A stretch of DNA of 64,000 bases from Bilabrum cf. latius (taxonomy: Eukaryota), in contig OZ237739.1 in the NCBI GenBank assembly GCA_965178125.1, forward strand, positions 1,178,001 to 1,242,000, given 5' to 3'. This document shows positions 1 through 13,381 of this stretch, piece by piece (within the stretch, counting starts at the first letter, position 1; each line of letters starts with the position of its first letter). Under the pieces are notes generated by a model. It was not told the DNA's origin and made no database searches. It saw only the letters and a list, made by a program, of their open reading frames with translations. A program made the translations under genes and the position numbers.

Positions 1-1282
1 AAATGAGGTGATTGACCTGGTGAGCAGTGATAGTGAAGGAGAATTTGAGGGAAACCCCGGCGGAAGCATGGGTGTAAGTGGTCGTGCAGAGGCATCATCT
101 GGAGTGCTGGGTGCCGTTGTATCACGGAGTGGGCGAGCTGGGCGAGGCAGCATGGCATTTGGTCCAGAGTTGTCGTCAGCATCAGGTTCAACAGCTGCAT
201 TGATGCCATTGGCTTCTGGGGTCTAGTCGACTGAAGGGGTGTCATCTAGTGCAACCAGTACAAGTGCCCGCTTGGGGCAGAAGAGAGTCCGTGAAGACTT
301 CCAGGCTGCTGCAGAAGGTGGCGATGCAGTGGATGAGCACGGTGCAAGCAACAAGAAGAAGAAGAGGAGGAGAAAGGAGCAGAGTACAGCGGCAGGGGAA
401 CTCACCGGCGATAGTAGCAAAGAATACGACTGCTCTGTGTGCGGCAAGCGCTTTGGGGAGGCAGACAATCTCACGACGCACATGAGGACTGTGCACCTTG
501 GGGAGCGCAATCACGAGTGCTCTGTGTGCAGCAAGCGCTTTGGGCAGGCAAGCAATCTCACGAAGCACATGAGGACTGTGCACTATGGGGAGCGCAATCA
601 CGAGTGCTCTGTGTGCGGCAAGCGCTTTGGATTGGCAAGCAATCTCACGAAGCACATGAGGACTGTGCACCTTGGGGAGCGCAATCACGAGTGCTCTGTG
701 TGCGGCAAGCGCTTTGGATTGGCAAGCAGTCTCACGACGCACATGAGGACTGTGCACCTTGGGGAGCGCAATCACGAGTGCTCTGTGTGCGGCAAGCGCT
801 TTGGGGAGGCAGGCCATCTCACGAAGCACATGAGGACTGTGCACCTTGGGGAGCGCAATCACGAGTGCTCTGTGTGCGGCAAGCGCTTTGGGCAGGCAAG
901 CCATCTCTCGACGCACATGAGGAGTGTGCACCTTGGGGAGCGCAATCACGAGTGCTCTGTGTGCGGCAAGCGCTTTGGGGAGGCAGGCCATCTCACGACG
1001 CACATGAGGACTGTGCACCTTGGGGAGCGCAATCACGAGTGCTCTGTGTGCGGCAAGCGCTTTGGGGAGGCAGGCCATCTCACGACGCACATGAGGACTG
1101 TGCACCTTGGGGAGCGCAATCACGAGTGCTCTGTGTGCGGCAAGCGCTTTGGATTGGCAAGCAGTCTCTCGACGCACATGAGGACTGTGCACCTCGGGGA
1201 GCGCAATCACGAGTGCTCTGTGTGTGGGAAGCGCTTTGGGGTGGCAGGCAATCTTAAGAAGCACATGAATGCGATGCACTGA
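1..1282 (+). CDS. SIM-NLS-C2H2 zinc-finger array protein, copy 1 (10 fingers, 5' end outside window; TAG=Gln)
   Basis: EVIDLVSSDSE, KKKKRRRK and 10 x 29-aa CSVCGKRFG..L..HMRTVH repeats. An in-frame TAG at 224-226 joins the two track ORFs. Stop is TGA. Confidence 0.9.
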
Positions 1283-1422
1283 TAGTCTTGGAAATGCACT
1301 GAGCATGACGTGTTCAGTAACCCATGCCTGCTGGCACCAGTGGGAAAGGCAATCCTGCCTTTCTGCTTCACTGCTGGTGCGGTCGTCTCTCTCGTGGGAA
1401 GGAAGAGCTGTGGTCAGTATCC

Positions 1423-1941
1423 TGTTATATGTACTCGGACATCAGGACTGAAGCAACGGGGAGCAGAGGCGAGACGGAAGAGGAGGTGGGCGCAGAAGGA
1501 CAGGAGGTGGAGAAGAATAGGGGGGCACCGGCACAGGCGGCGACAGTGCGGTGTCAACAGGGAGAACACAACGGGAGGAATGGGGGCTCCAGGTGCAAGG
1601 CACGAGGGAGACGCGAGTGGCAGCGGACTGCATGGCCAGCAGCACGCAGAGGGCCAACAGGTGGGTGGACAGATGGGGCGCACGGCAGGTCGGCCAGGAC
1701 CGGCGCGTGCAAGCTGAAAGGATAGGGCCAAGGTGGCAATGCAGGGAGCAAAGCACACGGTCCCTAGGGCGGGGAACAGGAACAGGAAGCCATGTGGCGA
1801 CGAGGCCAGTCGGGTGCATGGGGAAAGTGGTGTGTACATTCGTAGTGTCAGATGAATACCGCATTCAGGTGGACCGGTGAAGAACCAGTCGTTCGGGATG
1901 AAGCCCAGTGGGTCCGCGGGACCGGGGGCAGGAATTTTTCT
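1423..1941 (+). mobile_element. 519-bp non-coding mobile module (TGTTA...GGAATTTTTCT), copy in unit 1
   Basis: The same 519-bp block occurs at 6108-6626, 11039-37099 (split by the virophage), 41160-41678, 45710-46228 and inverted at 48359-48877, with differing flanks. Confidence 0.7.
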
Positions 1942-2194
1942 TTTTGGTAACTGCCAACCAGTGGGGATTGCAGCAGCCGTGAAGATGAGCCAATGGGTGT
2001 GGTTGAAGGAACAAATCTGATCTGTAGTCTAGGTTCAAGTTGCAAAGGCATTCCTGCATTTCTGCTGCATTGCTGGCGCGGTCTTCTCTCTCGTGGGAAG
2101 AAAGAGCTGCAGGCGAGGAATTCTGGGAGGTCACATCTGGACGTGAGCGGCAATCGAGTGGCGTGGACTCGAGCCACTGGAGTGGGCCCCCACT

Positions 2195-3541
2195 TTGGTG
2201 GGACTCGTGGGGCGGCACTGGCAGGCCGCGCTGGGTCGGTGGAGGAACGGGGCGAGCGGGAGGTACAGGCGGGCAGAGCTGCTGGCGCTGCGGGCGTGGG
2301 CCACGCTGGCGGAGGCAGTGGCGGGCGCAGGGACCGGGGCCCGCGGGTGGCTGCAGGCACCCATGGAGGCGGCAGCAGAGGTGGCGGCTGGATGCCGGTC
2401 AGCGCCCCAAGAGACAGGGGCGATCGGCTGGGGGGCAAGGCTCGACGGGGCTTCGGGTGCTGCAGATGCATCCGGGAGTAGCAGCAGCAGCAGCAGCAGC
2501 AACAGCAACAGCAGCGGTAGGCGAGCGGAGGCCATTCGCACTCGATTGGCAGCGAGAGCCGCTGCTGCCGGAGTGCTGGGCCCCGAGGACGCTGGCTTAG
2601 GCGGACTGGTGGCCGGACGTGCCGACCCGTGCGTGGTGTCCATCCGCTCGCACGCGCATGTTCCCTCGCGGCCCATCTCACGAGACCAGGAGGAGGGCGA
2701 TGAGGACGAGCGGTTGGAGCCACCGGCAGGGGCAGGGGCAGGGGCAGGGGCAGGGGCAGGGGCAGGGGCAGGGGCATCGGCAGGGCGAGGCGGTGAGCGC
2801 AGCAAGTAGGTTCCGGTCTTCGTGGCTTGGCCAGCCGCAAGTCCTGGTCCGTGCACGCACTTGGAATAGGAATGGGAGTCGGCCTCGCTCGGGGAACACG
2901 GCGGCGCCTCCGCCGCGCCCGCGCATCCGTCCGCTCGCGAGGTCAGCCAGGCCCTGGCGAGCTTCGAGAGCCACTGGACCCGGCCCCGCGGAGCCAACTG
3001 CGGGCCATGGGACGAGGCCGGCCTGGGGCTGGATGCGGGGCGGCTAGGCGCCCGGGGACTCGCGGCCGGGTCCGGGCATGGGGGGGACCCGACCCCCCTG
3101 TGCTGCCTTGTGCCCGCCGCCGGCTGGGTGAGACGGGCCGTAGTGCCTCAGCTGGTCTGGATGATGCAGGACGTGATGCATCGCATTGCGGCGTGGGCCA
3201 TGCCCCTGGTGCGGGGAGAGGCCGTCATGGGAGTGCCCCGGGGCGGCGAGGGAACAAGCGCGGAGACGAGCACGAAGCAGGTGCTCGAGCGCATGCTCGC
3301 TTTGGCTGGGGACCAGGGCTCCAGAGGGGCTGTCTCGGCGCTGCGCTGTGCCACTGGAGGTGCATGTGCATGTGCATGTGCATGTGCAGGTGGTGGCTCG
3401 TTGGGCTCGAGCTTGAATGCAGTGCACTGCAGCGACAGGGTGTGCGTCCTGCTGCGCCTCGCCATGCGGGTGGGATCGGCTGTGGCAGGCCCCCGACGGC
3501 ATCGGCACCGCAAGCGCTGCTTCCTCCTCCTCCTCGGGTAG
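2195..3541 (+). pseudogene. Degenerate Ala/Gly/Ser-rich host gene fragment carried in each array unit
   Basis: Track ORFs 2195-2809 and 3110-3541 share a frame and join through TAG. Other units show frameshifting indels and variable (AGC)n and (GGGGCA)n tracts. Confidence 0.35.
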
Positions 3542-4413
3542 CCCGAGTCCAGTGGCTGTGGGCTCCGTTGGAATCGGCTCAGGGGCCAGGAGGAGGAGGA
3601 ATAGGAAGAGGAATGGGAGGAGGAATAGGAGGAAGCAGGGGGTGTTGCGCCCGCCATCTGGGGGTGGGTCTGGCCTGGGCTCGGTGGACGAAGGGGCTGG
3701 GTCCGGGAGCGGGGAGGGGGCGGCGATGGTGTTCGGGGGCGGGGAGGGGGTAAGCGTGGGGGACCGTCAGGGCAAGGGGTGGGCGCTGGGTGTGCCGAGT
3801 GCGGGGGTACGGGAGTGCTTCACGTGGGAGTGTGGTCCCCGAGGGAAGGCGACGGAGAAGAGGGAGGTGAAGCGGCTGGCCACTGCCGTGGCCGAGTCGG
3901 CTCGTTTGCTTCTCGAGGTGCCGGGGCGGGGGGGGGTATCTGGAGGGGATGGTGTGATTGGAACTCGCCTTGGCATGGTCACAGGGCTTAGCCTGTGGGC
4001 GTCATGGGGATGCACATGCATGTGGGCTGGTCTATGCCAGCCTTGGTATCTGCGCAAACCCTGGATCGACTGCAGCAACAGACTGCGTGCTGGCAGCGCG
4101 CGGAGTCCACGTTCATTGCGGAACCTCGAGGCCAGGAAGGATTCACTCTTGGCTACTCATCGTGCCTATCGAATAGTACGAGAAGTGTCATCGTGCAAAT
4201 TCAATCTGTCTGTGTAGGCTTGTTCAAGTTGCCATCACTGTGGCGAGTTGGGTATCCAGACAAGGCCCCGATATCCCTGACGCAGTACTGGAGCAGACTC
4301 GAAGCCGTGGTGCAGCTCGACTAGTGTGAAATTCGTTTTGAGTCCGATCAACTTGAAGTGAAGACAAGCTTGTAAGACTGTTCAGGCTTTGCTTGCATCT
4401 TGGCGTGTTTTCC

Positions 4414-6051
4414 ATGGCAGGTCCAAATGAGGTGATTGACCTGGTGAGCAGTGATAGTGAAGAAGAGTTTGAGGGAAACCCCGGCGGAAGCATTGTTGTA
4501 AGTGGTCGTGCGGAGGCATCATCTGGAGTGCTGGGTGCCGTTGTATCACGGAGTGGGCGAGCTGGGCGAGGCAGCATGGCTGTTGGTCCAGAGTTGTCGT
4601 CAGCATCAGGTTCAACAGCTGCATTGCCATTGGCTTCTGGAGTCTAGTCGACTGAATCAGTGTCATCTAGTGCAACCAGCACAAGGGCCCGTTTGGGGCA
4701 GAAGAGAGTCCGTGAAGACTTCGAGGCTGCCGCAGAAGGTGGCGATGCAGTGGATGAGCACGGTGCAAGCAGCAAGAAGAAGAAGAGGAGGAGAAAGGAG
4801 CAGAGTCCAGCGGCAGGAGAACTCACCGGCGATAGTAGCAAGGGATACGATTGCTCTGTGTGCGGCAAGCGCTTTGGGCAGGCAGGCCATCTCACGACGC
4901 ACATGAGGACTGTGCACCTTGGGGAGCGCAATCACGAGTGCTCTGTGTGCGGCAAGCGCTTTGGGGAGGCAGGCAATCTCAAGACGCACATGAGGACTGT
5001 GCACCTCGGGGAGCGCAATCACGAGTGCTCTGTGTGCGGCAAGCGCTTTGGGGAGGCAGGCAGTCTCACGACGCACATGAGGACTGTGCACCTTGGGGAG
5101 CGCAATCACGAGTGCTCTGTGTGCGGCAAGCGCTTTGGGGTGGCAGGCAGTCTCAAGACGCACATGAGGACTGTGCACCTTGGGGAGCGCAATCACGAGT
5201 GCTCTGTGTGCGGCAAGCGCTTTGGGGTGGCAAGCAATCTCAAGACGCACATGAGGACTGTGCACCTTGGGGAGCGCAATCACGAGTGCTCTGTGTGCGG
5301 CAAGCGCTTTGGGGAGGCAGGCCATCTCACGACGCACATGAGGACTGTGCACCTTGGGGAGCGCAATCACGAGTGCTCTGTGTGCGGCAAGCGCTTTGGG
5401 CAGGCAAGCCATCTCACGAAGCACATGAGGACTGTGCACTATGGGGAGCGCAATCACGAGTGCTCTGTGTGCGGCAAGCGCTTTGGGGTGGCAAGCAGTC
5501 TCACAAAGCACATGAGCACTGTGCACCTTGGGGAGCGCAATCACGAGTGCTCTGTGTGCGGCAAGCGCTTTGGGCAGGCTGACAGTCTCAAGACGCACAT
5601 GAGGACTGTGCACCTTGGGGAGCGCAATCACGAGTGCTCTGTGTGCGGCAAGCGCTTTGGGCAGGCAAGCCATCTCACGAAGCACATGAGGACTGTGCAC
5701 TATGGGGAGCGCAATCACGAGTGCTCTGTGTGCGGCAAGCGCTTTGGGGTGGCAAGCAGTCTCAAGACGCACATGAGGACTGTGCACCATGGGGAGCGCA
5801 ATCACGAGTGCTCTGTGTGCGGCAAGCGCTTTGGGGAGGCAGGCAGTCTCACGAAGCACATGAGGACTGTGCACCTTGGGGAGCGCAATCACGAGTGCTC
5901 TGTGTGCGGCAAGCGCTTTGGGGTGGCAAGCAGTCTCACGAAGCACATGAGGACTGTGCACCTTGGGGAGCGCAATCACGAGTGCTCTGTGTGCGGCAAG
6001 CGCTTTGGGGTGGCAGGCAGTCTCACGAAGCACATTGTAGCAATGCACTGA
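4414..6051 (+). CDS. SIM-NLS-C2H2 zinc-finger array protein, copy 2 (14 fingers)
   Basis: ATG GCA GGT CCA at 4414, one internal TAG (4645-4647), 14 x 87-bp repeats, TGA stop. Confidence 0.92.
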
Positions 6052-6107
6052 TAGGCTTGGTAACGCACTGTGCATGACGTGTTGAGCAACCCATGCCTGC
6101 TGCCATC

Positions 6108-6626
6108 TGTTAAATATACTCGGACATCAGGATTGAAGCGACGGGGAGCAGAGGTGAGACGGAAGAGGAGGTGGGCGCAGAAGGACAGGAGGTGGAGAAG
6201 AATAGGGGGGCACCGGCACAGGCGACGACAGTGCGGTGTCAACAGGGAGAACACAACGGGAGGACTTGGGGCTCCAGGTGCAAGGCACGAGGGAGACGCG
6301 AGTGGCAGCGGACTGCATGGCCAGCAGCACGCAGAGGGCCAACAGGTGGGTGGACAGATGGGGCGCACGGCAGGTCGGCCAGGACCGGCGCGTGCAAGCT
6401 GAAAGGATAGGGCCAAGGTGGCAATGCAGGGAGCAAAGCACACGGTCCCTAGGGCGGGGAACAGGAACAGGAAGCCATGTGGCGACGAGGCCAGTCGGGT
6501 GCGTGGGGAAAGTGGCGTGTACATTCGTAGTGTCAGATGAATACCGCATTCAGGTGGACCGGTGAAGAACCAGTCGTTCGGGATGAAGCCCAGTGGGTCC
6601 GCGGGATCGGGGGCAGGAATTTTTCT
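6108..6626 (+). mobile_element. 519-bp module, unit 2
   Basis: Same ends and length as the other copies. Confidence 0.7.
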
Positions 6627-7163
6627 TTTTGGTAACTGCCAACCAGTGGGGATTGCAGCAGCCGTGAAGATGAGCCAATGGGTGTGGTTGAAGGAACAAA
6701 TCTGATCTGTAGTCTAGGTTCAAGTTGCAAAGGCATTCCTGCATTTCCGCTTCATTGCTGGCGCGGTCTTCTCTCTCGTGGGAAGAAAGAGCTGCAGGCG
6801 AGGAATTCTGGGAGGTCACATCTGGACGTGAGCGGCAATCGAGTGGCGTGGACTCGAGCCCCTGCAGAGGCCCCCACTTTGGTGGGACTCGCGGGGCGGC
6901 ACTGGCAGGCCGCGCTGGGTCGGTGGAGGGAGGGGGCGAGCGGGAGGTACAGGCGGGCAGAGCTGCTGGCGCTGCGGGCGTGGGCCACGCTGGCGGAGGC
7001 AGTGGCGGGCGCAGGGGCCGGGGCCCGCGGGTGGCTGCAGGCACCCATGGAGGCGGCAGCAGAGGTGGCGGCTGGATGCCGGTCAGCGCCCCAAGAGACA
7101 GGGGCGATCGGCTGGGGGGCAAGGCTCGACGGGGCTTTGGGTGCTGCAGATGCATCCGGGAGT

Positions 7164-7231
<68 letters not shown>

Positions 7232-9084
7232 CAACAGCAGCGGTAGGCGAGCGAAGGCCATTCGCACTCGATTGGCAGCGAGAGCCGCTGCTGCCGGAGT
7301 GCTGGGCCCCGAGGACGCTGGCTTAGGCGGACTGGTGGCCGGACGTGCCGACCCGTGCGTGGTGTCCATCCGCTCGCACGCGCATGTTCCCTCGCGGCCC
7401 ATCTCACGAGACCAGGGAGGGCGATGAGGACGAGCGGTTGGAGCCACCGGCAGGGGCAGGGGCAGGGGCAGGGGCAGGGGCAGGGGCAGGGGCATCGGCA
7501 GGGCGAGGCGGTGAGCGCAGCAAGTAGGTTCCGGTCTTCGTGGCTTGGCCAGCCGCAAGTCCTGGTCCGTGCACGCACTTGGAATAGGAATGGGAGTCAG
7601 CCTCGCTCGGGGAACACGGCGGCGCCTCCGCCGCGCCCGCGCATCCGTCCGCTCGCGAGGTCAGCCAGGCCCTGGCGAGCTTCGAGAGCCACTGGACCCG
7701 GCCCCGCGGAGCCAACTGCGGGCCATGGGACGAGGCCGGCCTGGGGCTGGATGCGGGGCGGCTAGGCGCCCGGGGACTCGCGCCCGGGTCCGGGCATGGG
7801 GGGGACCCGACCCCCCTGTGCTGCCTTGTGCCCGCCGCCGGCTGGGTGAGACGGGCCGTAGTGCCTCAGCTGGTGAGGTCTGGATGATGCAGGACGTGAT
7901 GCATCGCAGTGCGGCGTGGGCCATGCCCCTGGTGCGCGGAGAGGCCGTCATGGGAGTGCCCCGGGGCGGCGAGGGAACAAGCGCGGAGGCGAGCACGAAG
8001 CAGGTGCTCGAGCGCATGCTCGCTTTGGCTGGGGACCAGGGCTCCAGAGGGGCTGTCGCGGGGCTGCGCTGTGCCACTGGAGGTGCAGGTGCATGTGCAT
8101 GTGGTGGCTCGTTGGGCGCGAGCTTGAATGCAGTGCACTGCAGCGACAGGGTGTGCGTCCTGCTGCGCCTCGCCATGCGGGTGGGATGGGATGTGGCAGG
8201 CCCCGTCGGCATCGGCACCGCGAGCGCTGCTTCCTCCTCCTCCTCGGGTAGCCCGAGCCCAGTGGCTGTGGGCTCCGTTGGAATCGGCTCAGGGTCCAGG
8301 AAGAGGAGGAGGAATGGGAGGAGGAATGGGAGGAGGAGGCAGGGGGTGTTACGCCCGGTCTCTGGGGGTGGGTCTGGCCTGGGCTCGGTGGACAATGGGG
8401 CTGGGTCCGGGAACAGGGAGGGGGTAAGCGTGGGGGACCGTTAGGGCAAGGGGTGGGCGCTGGGTGTGCCGAGCGCGGGGGTGCGGGAGTGCTTCACGTG
8501 GGGGTGTGGTCCCCGAGGGAAGGCGACGGAGAAGAGGGAGGTGAAGCTGCCCACTGCCGTGGCCGAGTCGGCTCGTTTGCTTCTCGAGGTGCCGGGGCGG
8601 GGGGGGGTATCTGGAGGGGATGGTGTGATTGGAACTCGCCTTGGCGTGGTCACGGGGCTTAGCATGTGGGCGTCATGGGGATACACATCCATGTGGGCTG
8701 GTCTATGCCAGCCTTGGTATCTGTGCAAACCCTGGATCGACTGCAGCAACAGACTGCGTGCTGGCAGCGCGCGGAGTCCACGTTCATTGCGGAACCTCGA
8801 GGCCAGGAAGGGTTCACTCTTGACTACTCATCGTGCCTATCGAATAGTAGGAGAAGTGTCATCGTGCAACTTCAATCTGTCTGTGTAGGCTTCTTCGAGT
8901 TGCCATCACTGTGGCGAGTTGGGCTTCCAGACAAGGCCCCGATATCCCTGACCTAGCACTGGAGCAGACTCGAAGCCGTGGTGCAGCTCGACTAGTGTGA
9001 AATTCGTTTTGAGTCCGATCAACCTGAAGTGGAGACAAGCTTGTAAGACTGTCCAGGCTTTGCTTGCATCTTGGCGTGTTTTCC

Positions 9085-10896
9085 ATGGCAGGTCCAAATG
9101 AGGTGATTGACCTGGTGAGCAGTGATAGTGAAGGAGAGTTTGAGGGAAACCCCGGCGGAAGCATGGGTGTAAGTGGTCGTGCGGAGGCATCATCTGGAGT
9201 GCTAGGTGCCGTTGTATCACGGAGTGGGCGAGCTGGGCGAGGCAGCATGGCATTTGGTCCAGAGTTGTCGTCAGCATCAGGTTCAACAGCTGCATTGCCA
9301 TTGGCTTCTGGAGTCTAGTCAACTGAATCAGTGTCATCTAGTGCAACCAGCACAAGTGCCCGCTTGGGGCAGAAGAGAGTCCGTGAAGACTTCGAGGCTG
9401 CCGCAGAAGGTGGCGATGCAGTGGATGAGCACGGTGCAAGCAACAAGAAGAAGAAGAGGAGGAGAAAGGAGCAGAGTCCAGCGGCAGGAGAACTCACTGG
9501 CGATAGTAGCAAGGGATACGACTGCTCTGTGTGCGGCAAGCGCTTTGGGCAGAAAGGCAATCTCACGAAGCACATGAGGACTGTGCACCTTGGGGAGCGC
9601 AATCACGAGTGCTCTGTGTGCGGCAAGCGCTTTGGACGCCAAGACAGTCTCACAAAGCACATGAGGACTGTGCACCTTGGGGAGCGCAATCACGAGTGCT
9701 CTGTGTGCGGCAAGCGCTTTGGGGTGGCAGGCCATCTCACGAAGCACATGAGGACTGTGCACCTTGGGGAGCGCAATCACGAGTGCTCTGTGTGCGGCAA
9801 GCGCTTCGGGGAGGCAGGCAGTGTCACGAAGCACATGAGGACTGTGCACCTTGGGGAGCGCAATCACGAGTGCTCTGTGTGCGGCAAGCGCTTCGGGGAG
9901 GCAGGCAGTGTCACGACGCACATGAGGACTGTGCACCTTGGGGAGCGCAATCACGAGTGCTCTATGTGCGGCAAGCGCTTTGGACGCCAAGACACTTTCT
10001 CGACGCACATGAGGACTGTGCACCTTGGGGAGCGCAATCACGAGTGCTCTATGTGCGGCAAGCGCTTCGGGCAGGCAGGCCATCTCTCGACGCACATGAG
10101 GACTGTGCACCTTGGGGAGCGCAATCACGAGTGCTCTGTATGCGGCAAGCGCTTTGGATTGGCAGGCCATCTCACGACGCACATGAGGACTGTGCACCTT
10201 GGGGAGCGCAATCACGAGTGCTCTGTATGCGGCAAGCGCTTTGGGGACGCAGGCAGTCTTACTAAGCACATGAGGACTGTGCACCTTGGGGAGCGCAATC
10301 ACGAGTGCTCTGTGTGCGGCAAGCGCTTTGGGCAGGCAGGCAGTCTCACGACGCACATGAGGACTGTGCACCTTGGGGAGCGCAATCACGAGTGCTCTGT
10401 GTGCGGCAAGCGCTTCGGGGAGGCAAGCAGTCTCACAAAGCACATGAGGAGTGTGCACCTCGGGGAGCGCAATCACGAGTGCTCTGTGTGCGGCAATCGC
10501 TTTGGGCAGGCAAGCAATCTCACGACGCACATGAGGACTGTGCACTATGGGGAGCGCAATCACGAGTGCTCTGTGTGCGGCAAGCGCTTTGGGGTGGCAG
10601 GCCATCTCAAGACGCACATGAGGACTGTGCACCTTGGGGAGCGCAATCACGAGTGCTCTGTGTGCGGCAAGCGCTTCGGGGTGGCAAGCAGTCTCACGAA
10701 GCACATGAGGACTGTGCACTATGGGGAGCGCAATCACGAGTGCTCTGTGTGCGGCAAGCGCTTTGGGGTGGCAGGCCATCTCAAGACGCACATGAGGACT
10801 GTGCACCTTGGGGAGCGCAATCACGAGTGCTCTGTGTGCGGCAAGCGCTTTGGGGTGGCAGGCCATCTTAAGAAGCATTTGAAAGCGATGCACTGA
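9085..10896 (+). CDS. SIM-NLS-C2H2 zinc-finger array protein, copy 3 (16 fingers)
   Basis: Same architecture, internal TAG at 9316-9318, 16 fingers. Confidence 0.92.
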
Positions 10897-11475
10897 TAGG
10901 CTTGGATACGCTCTGTTCATGACGTGTTGAGCAACCCATGCCTGCTGGCACCAGTGGCAAAGGCATTCCTGCATTTCTGCTTCAACGCTGGGGCGGGTTT
11001 CGCTGTCATACGTAGATCTGGTGTTACTATCCGTATCCTGTTATATGTACCCGGACATCAGGATTGAAGCAACGGGGAGCAGAGGTGAGACGGAAGAGGA
11101 GGTGGGCGCAGAAGGACAGGAGGTGGAGAAGAAGAGGGGGGCACCGGCACAGGCGGCGACAGTGCGGTGTCAACAGGGAGAACACAACGGGAGGAATGGG
11201 GGCTCCAGGTGCCACGCACAAGGGAGACGCGAGTGGCAGCGGACTGCACGGCCAGCAGCACGCAGAAGGCCAACAGGCGGGTGGACAGATGGGGCGCACG
11301 GCAGGTCGGCCAGGACCGGCGCGTGCAAGCTGAAAGGATAGGGCCAAGGTGGCAATGCAGGGAGCAAAGCACACGGTCCCTAGGGCGGGGAACAGGAACA
11401 GGAAGCCATGTGGCGACGAGGCCAGTCGGGTGCATGGGGAAAGTGGCGTGTACATTCGTAGTGTCAGATGAATAC

Positions 11476-12267
11476 CCCCCCCGCTACGGTAATAAATAAA
11501 TTTATTCCCTTCGGTTAAGGAAACAAGTTTCAATAGTTCCAGTCCATCAGAGCTAAAGCTCTTCAGTCCATTCCACTCCTTTTGTCGCTAGTCGCTCCAA
11601 AAGTCAAGGAAACCTCTATAAAAGATATAGTACAAAAAATGCTATTTATATAGTATATTATAACATTTCTTGTACCGGGGCTTTTGTTAGAAGGTCAAAT
11701 GGGACTTTTGGTGTTTTAGTATAAAATAGTCCCTTCATTTTAGAAGGGTGATTATTTGACCTTCTAAAGTTCAATGTAAATTTATAAAATTAATTCAAGT
11801 TCAATCATTAATGAAGGTAAAGCAATAAAATTATATATTTAGAATGATTATCTAAGGGGTACCCCTTGAAATGGTAATTTAGGGCTAAATAGAATATTAA
11901 ATATGATAATAATGGGTCATAATAGTATTTAATTTAAAAGAATATATTGATAAATAATAAATATATGATATGAATGTATAAATATTAAAAAAAATGAAAA
12001 TGAATATTGAAGTTGAAGTTCAGTATATCTTAGGAAATGTTGGTCTTTAAAAGTATATGTATAAATAAAAATGAATGTGAATATTCAAGTTCAGTATTAA
12101 TTCTCATTACGTGGATTACTCAAGTTTGTGAAGGTGTTATGGGACTCTAGCCATTTTCTAGCCAAAAGTTCCATCACTTTATGGGACTCCATTATTCAAC
12201 CTTCTAAACTACCTTCATTATACCCCCTTATCCTCGCTTATACCTTCACAAATGGAACAAACGCGCT
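11476..12267 (+). repeat. Left terminal inverted repeat (792 bp)
   Basis: Reverse complement of 36221-37012; no mismatch noticed in the parts checked by eye. Confidence 0.97.
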
Positions 12268-12549
12268 ACAGCAACTCGCTACACTCGTCATCGTCAAAAT
12301 GAACCTGAACCTGAATATTGGAGTTCAGCATTTCTTAGGAAATATGATGGTCTAACCAACAGGATTTAATATTAAAGTTTAAACCTTTATTAAGGGTGTA
12401 TATGTTTTAAAGTATTAATCTATGCCTATACATCACATAACCCCCATCATAACCCTAGCCTATAGGCTAGGGATAACCCCCACATAACCCCCCCCCCCAC
12501 CTCTAAGCGTTTTTTTAAAACTCAAAAATTATAACTTAGTATTATAGAT

Positions 12550-13311
12550 ATGAACTTTAATAATTATGTCATTGAAAATCCCGTCCTAATGAAGCAGATT
12601 TATAAGGCTACAGACCATATTACGGATAGCACGCAGAAAATTTTAGAGACCATTACTACGTATGTAGATTTAGGTGGTAAGTTTTCCACGCCTAAATTAA
12701 TTAATAAAAATATAGTTAGTGATATTAAAGAGAAAAAAGCCGTGAAAAAACCCAAGAAAGAAGAGAAACAGAAGACACAACACGATAATAACGACCAGCT
12801 TGAAATTAAGCAAACATACATTCTAGATAAATTTAATGACTATAAACCACAGAATAATAAAACTTATAATGATGTAGATGATTTACAACCGCCAGAATTA
12901 ATTAGATAGACCGCAATAATTCACGAAGGTGTTGAAGATGATAGTGATGATAGTCAAAGTGTAAATACTGAACAGGACTAGATTGTGGCGGATAGTGATA
13001 ATGAGGAAGAAACAGAGAGCAAATTAGAACTAATAGGAGATTTAAAGAGGTTAGATGATGGAGATTATCGTTTTTAGGTTATAGTAAATGGGAATATAAT
13101 TAAATTTGGTGATTCACACTTACCAGACGTTGAATCGCTTAGAAATCGTTTTAGTTCAAGAAAAATTCAAATTATGATATCAAAAATCAAAAGAAATTTT
13201 AGTATTAACGATAATGACGATATACATACGGCTGACTTTTGGAATTATAATGTCTATTTGTCCTGTGATTACAAAAAGGAATATAATAGACTCAGAGAAA
13301 TTTATAATTAA
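12550..13311 (+). CDS. Virophage hypothetical protein, 253 aa (TAG=Gln)
   Basis: Open through 3 TAGs to TAA. The C-terminal IKFGD...TADFWN resembles the motif in the 17803-18510 protein. Confidence 0.75.
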
Positions 13312-13381
13312 AATTTTCGTTTTTAATAATTTTATCGTGGCTTAAAAATAAAATTATTATATATATTATAAAATATATAGT

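Noticed and set aside
425-1282. CRISPR-like pattern of constant repeats with short variable segments (also in the other four copies)
   Set aside because: The period is 87 bp (29 codons) in frame, encodes C2H2 fingers, reuses its variable parts, and no cas genes are present.
242-1306. Long antisense and alternate-frame ORFs over the zinc-finger arrays and GC-rich host DNA
   Set aside because: These are by-products of repeat periodicity and high GC content, with no recognisable domains.
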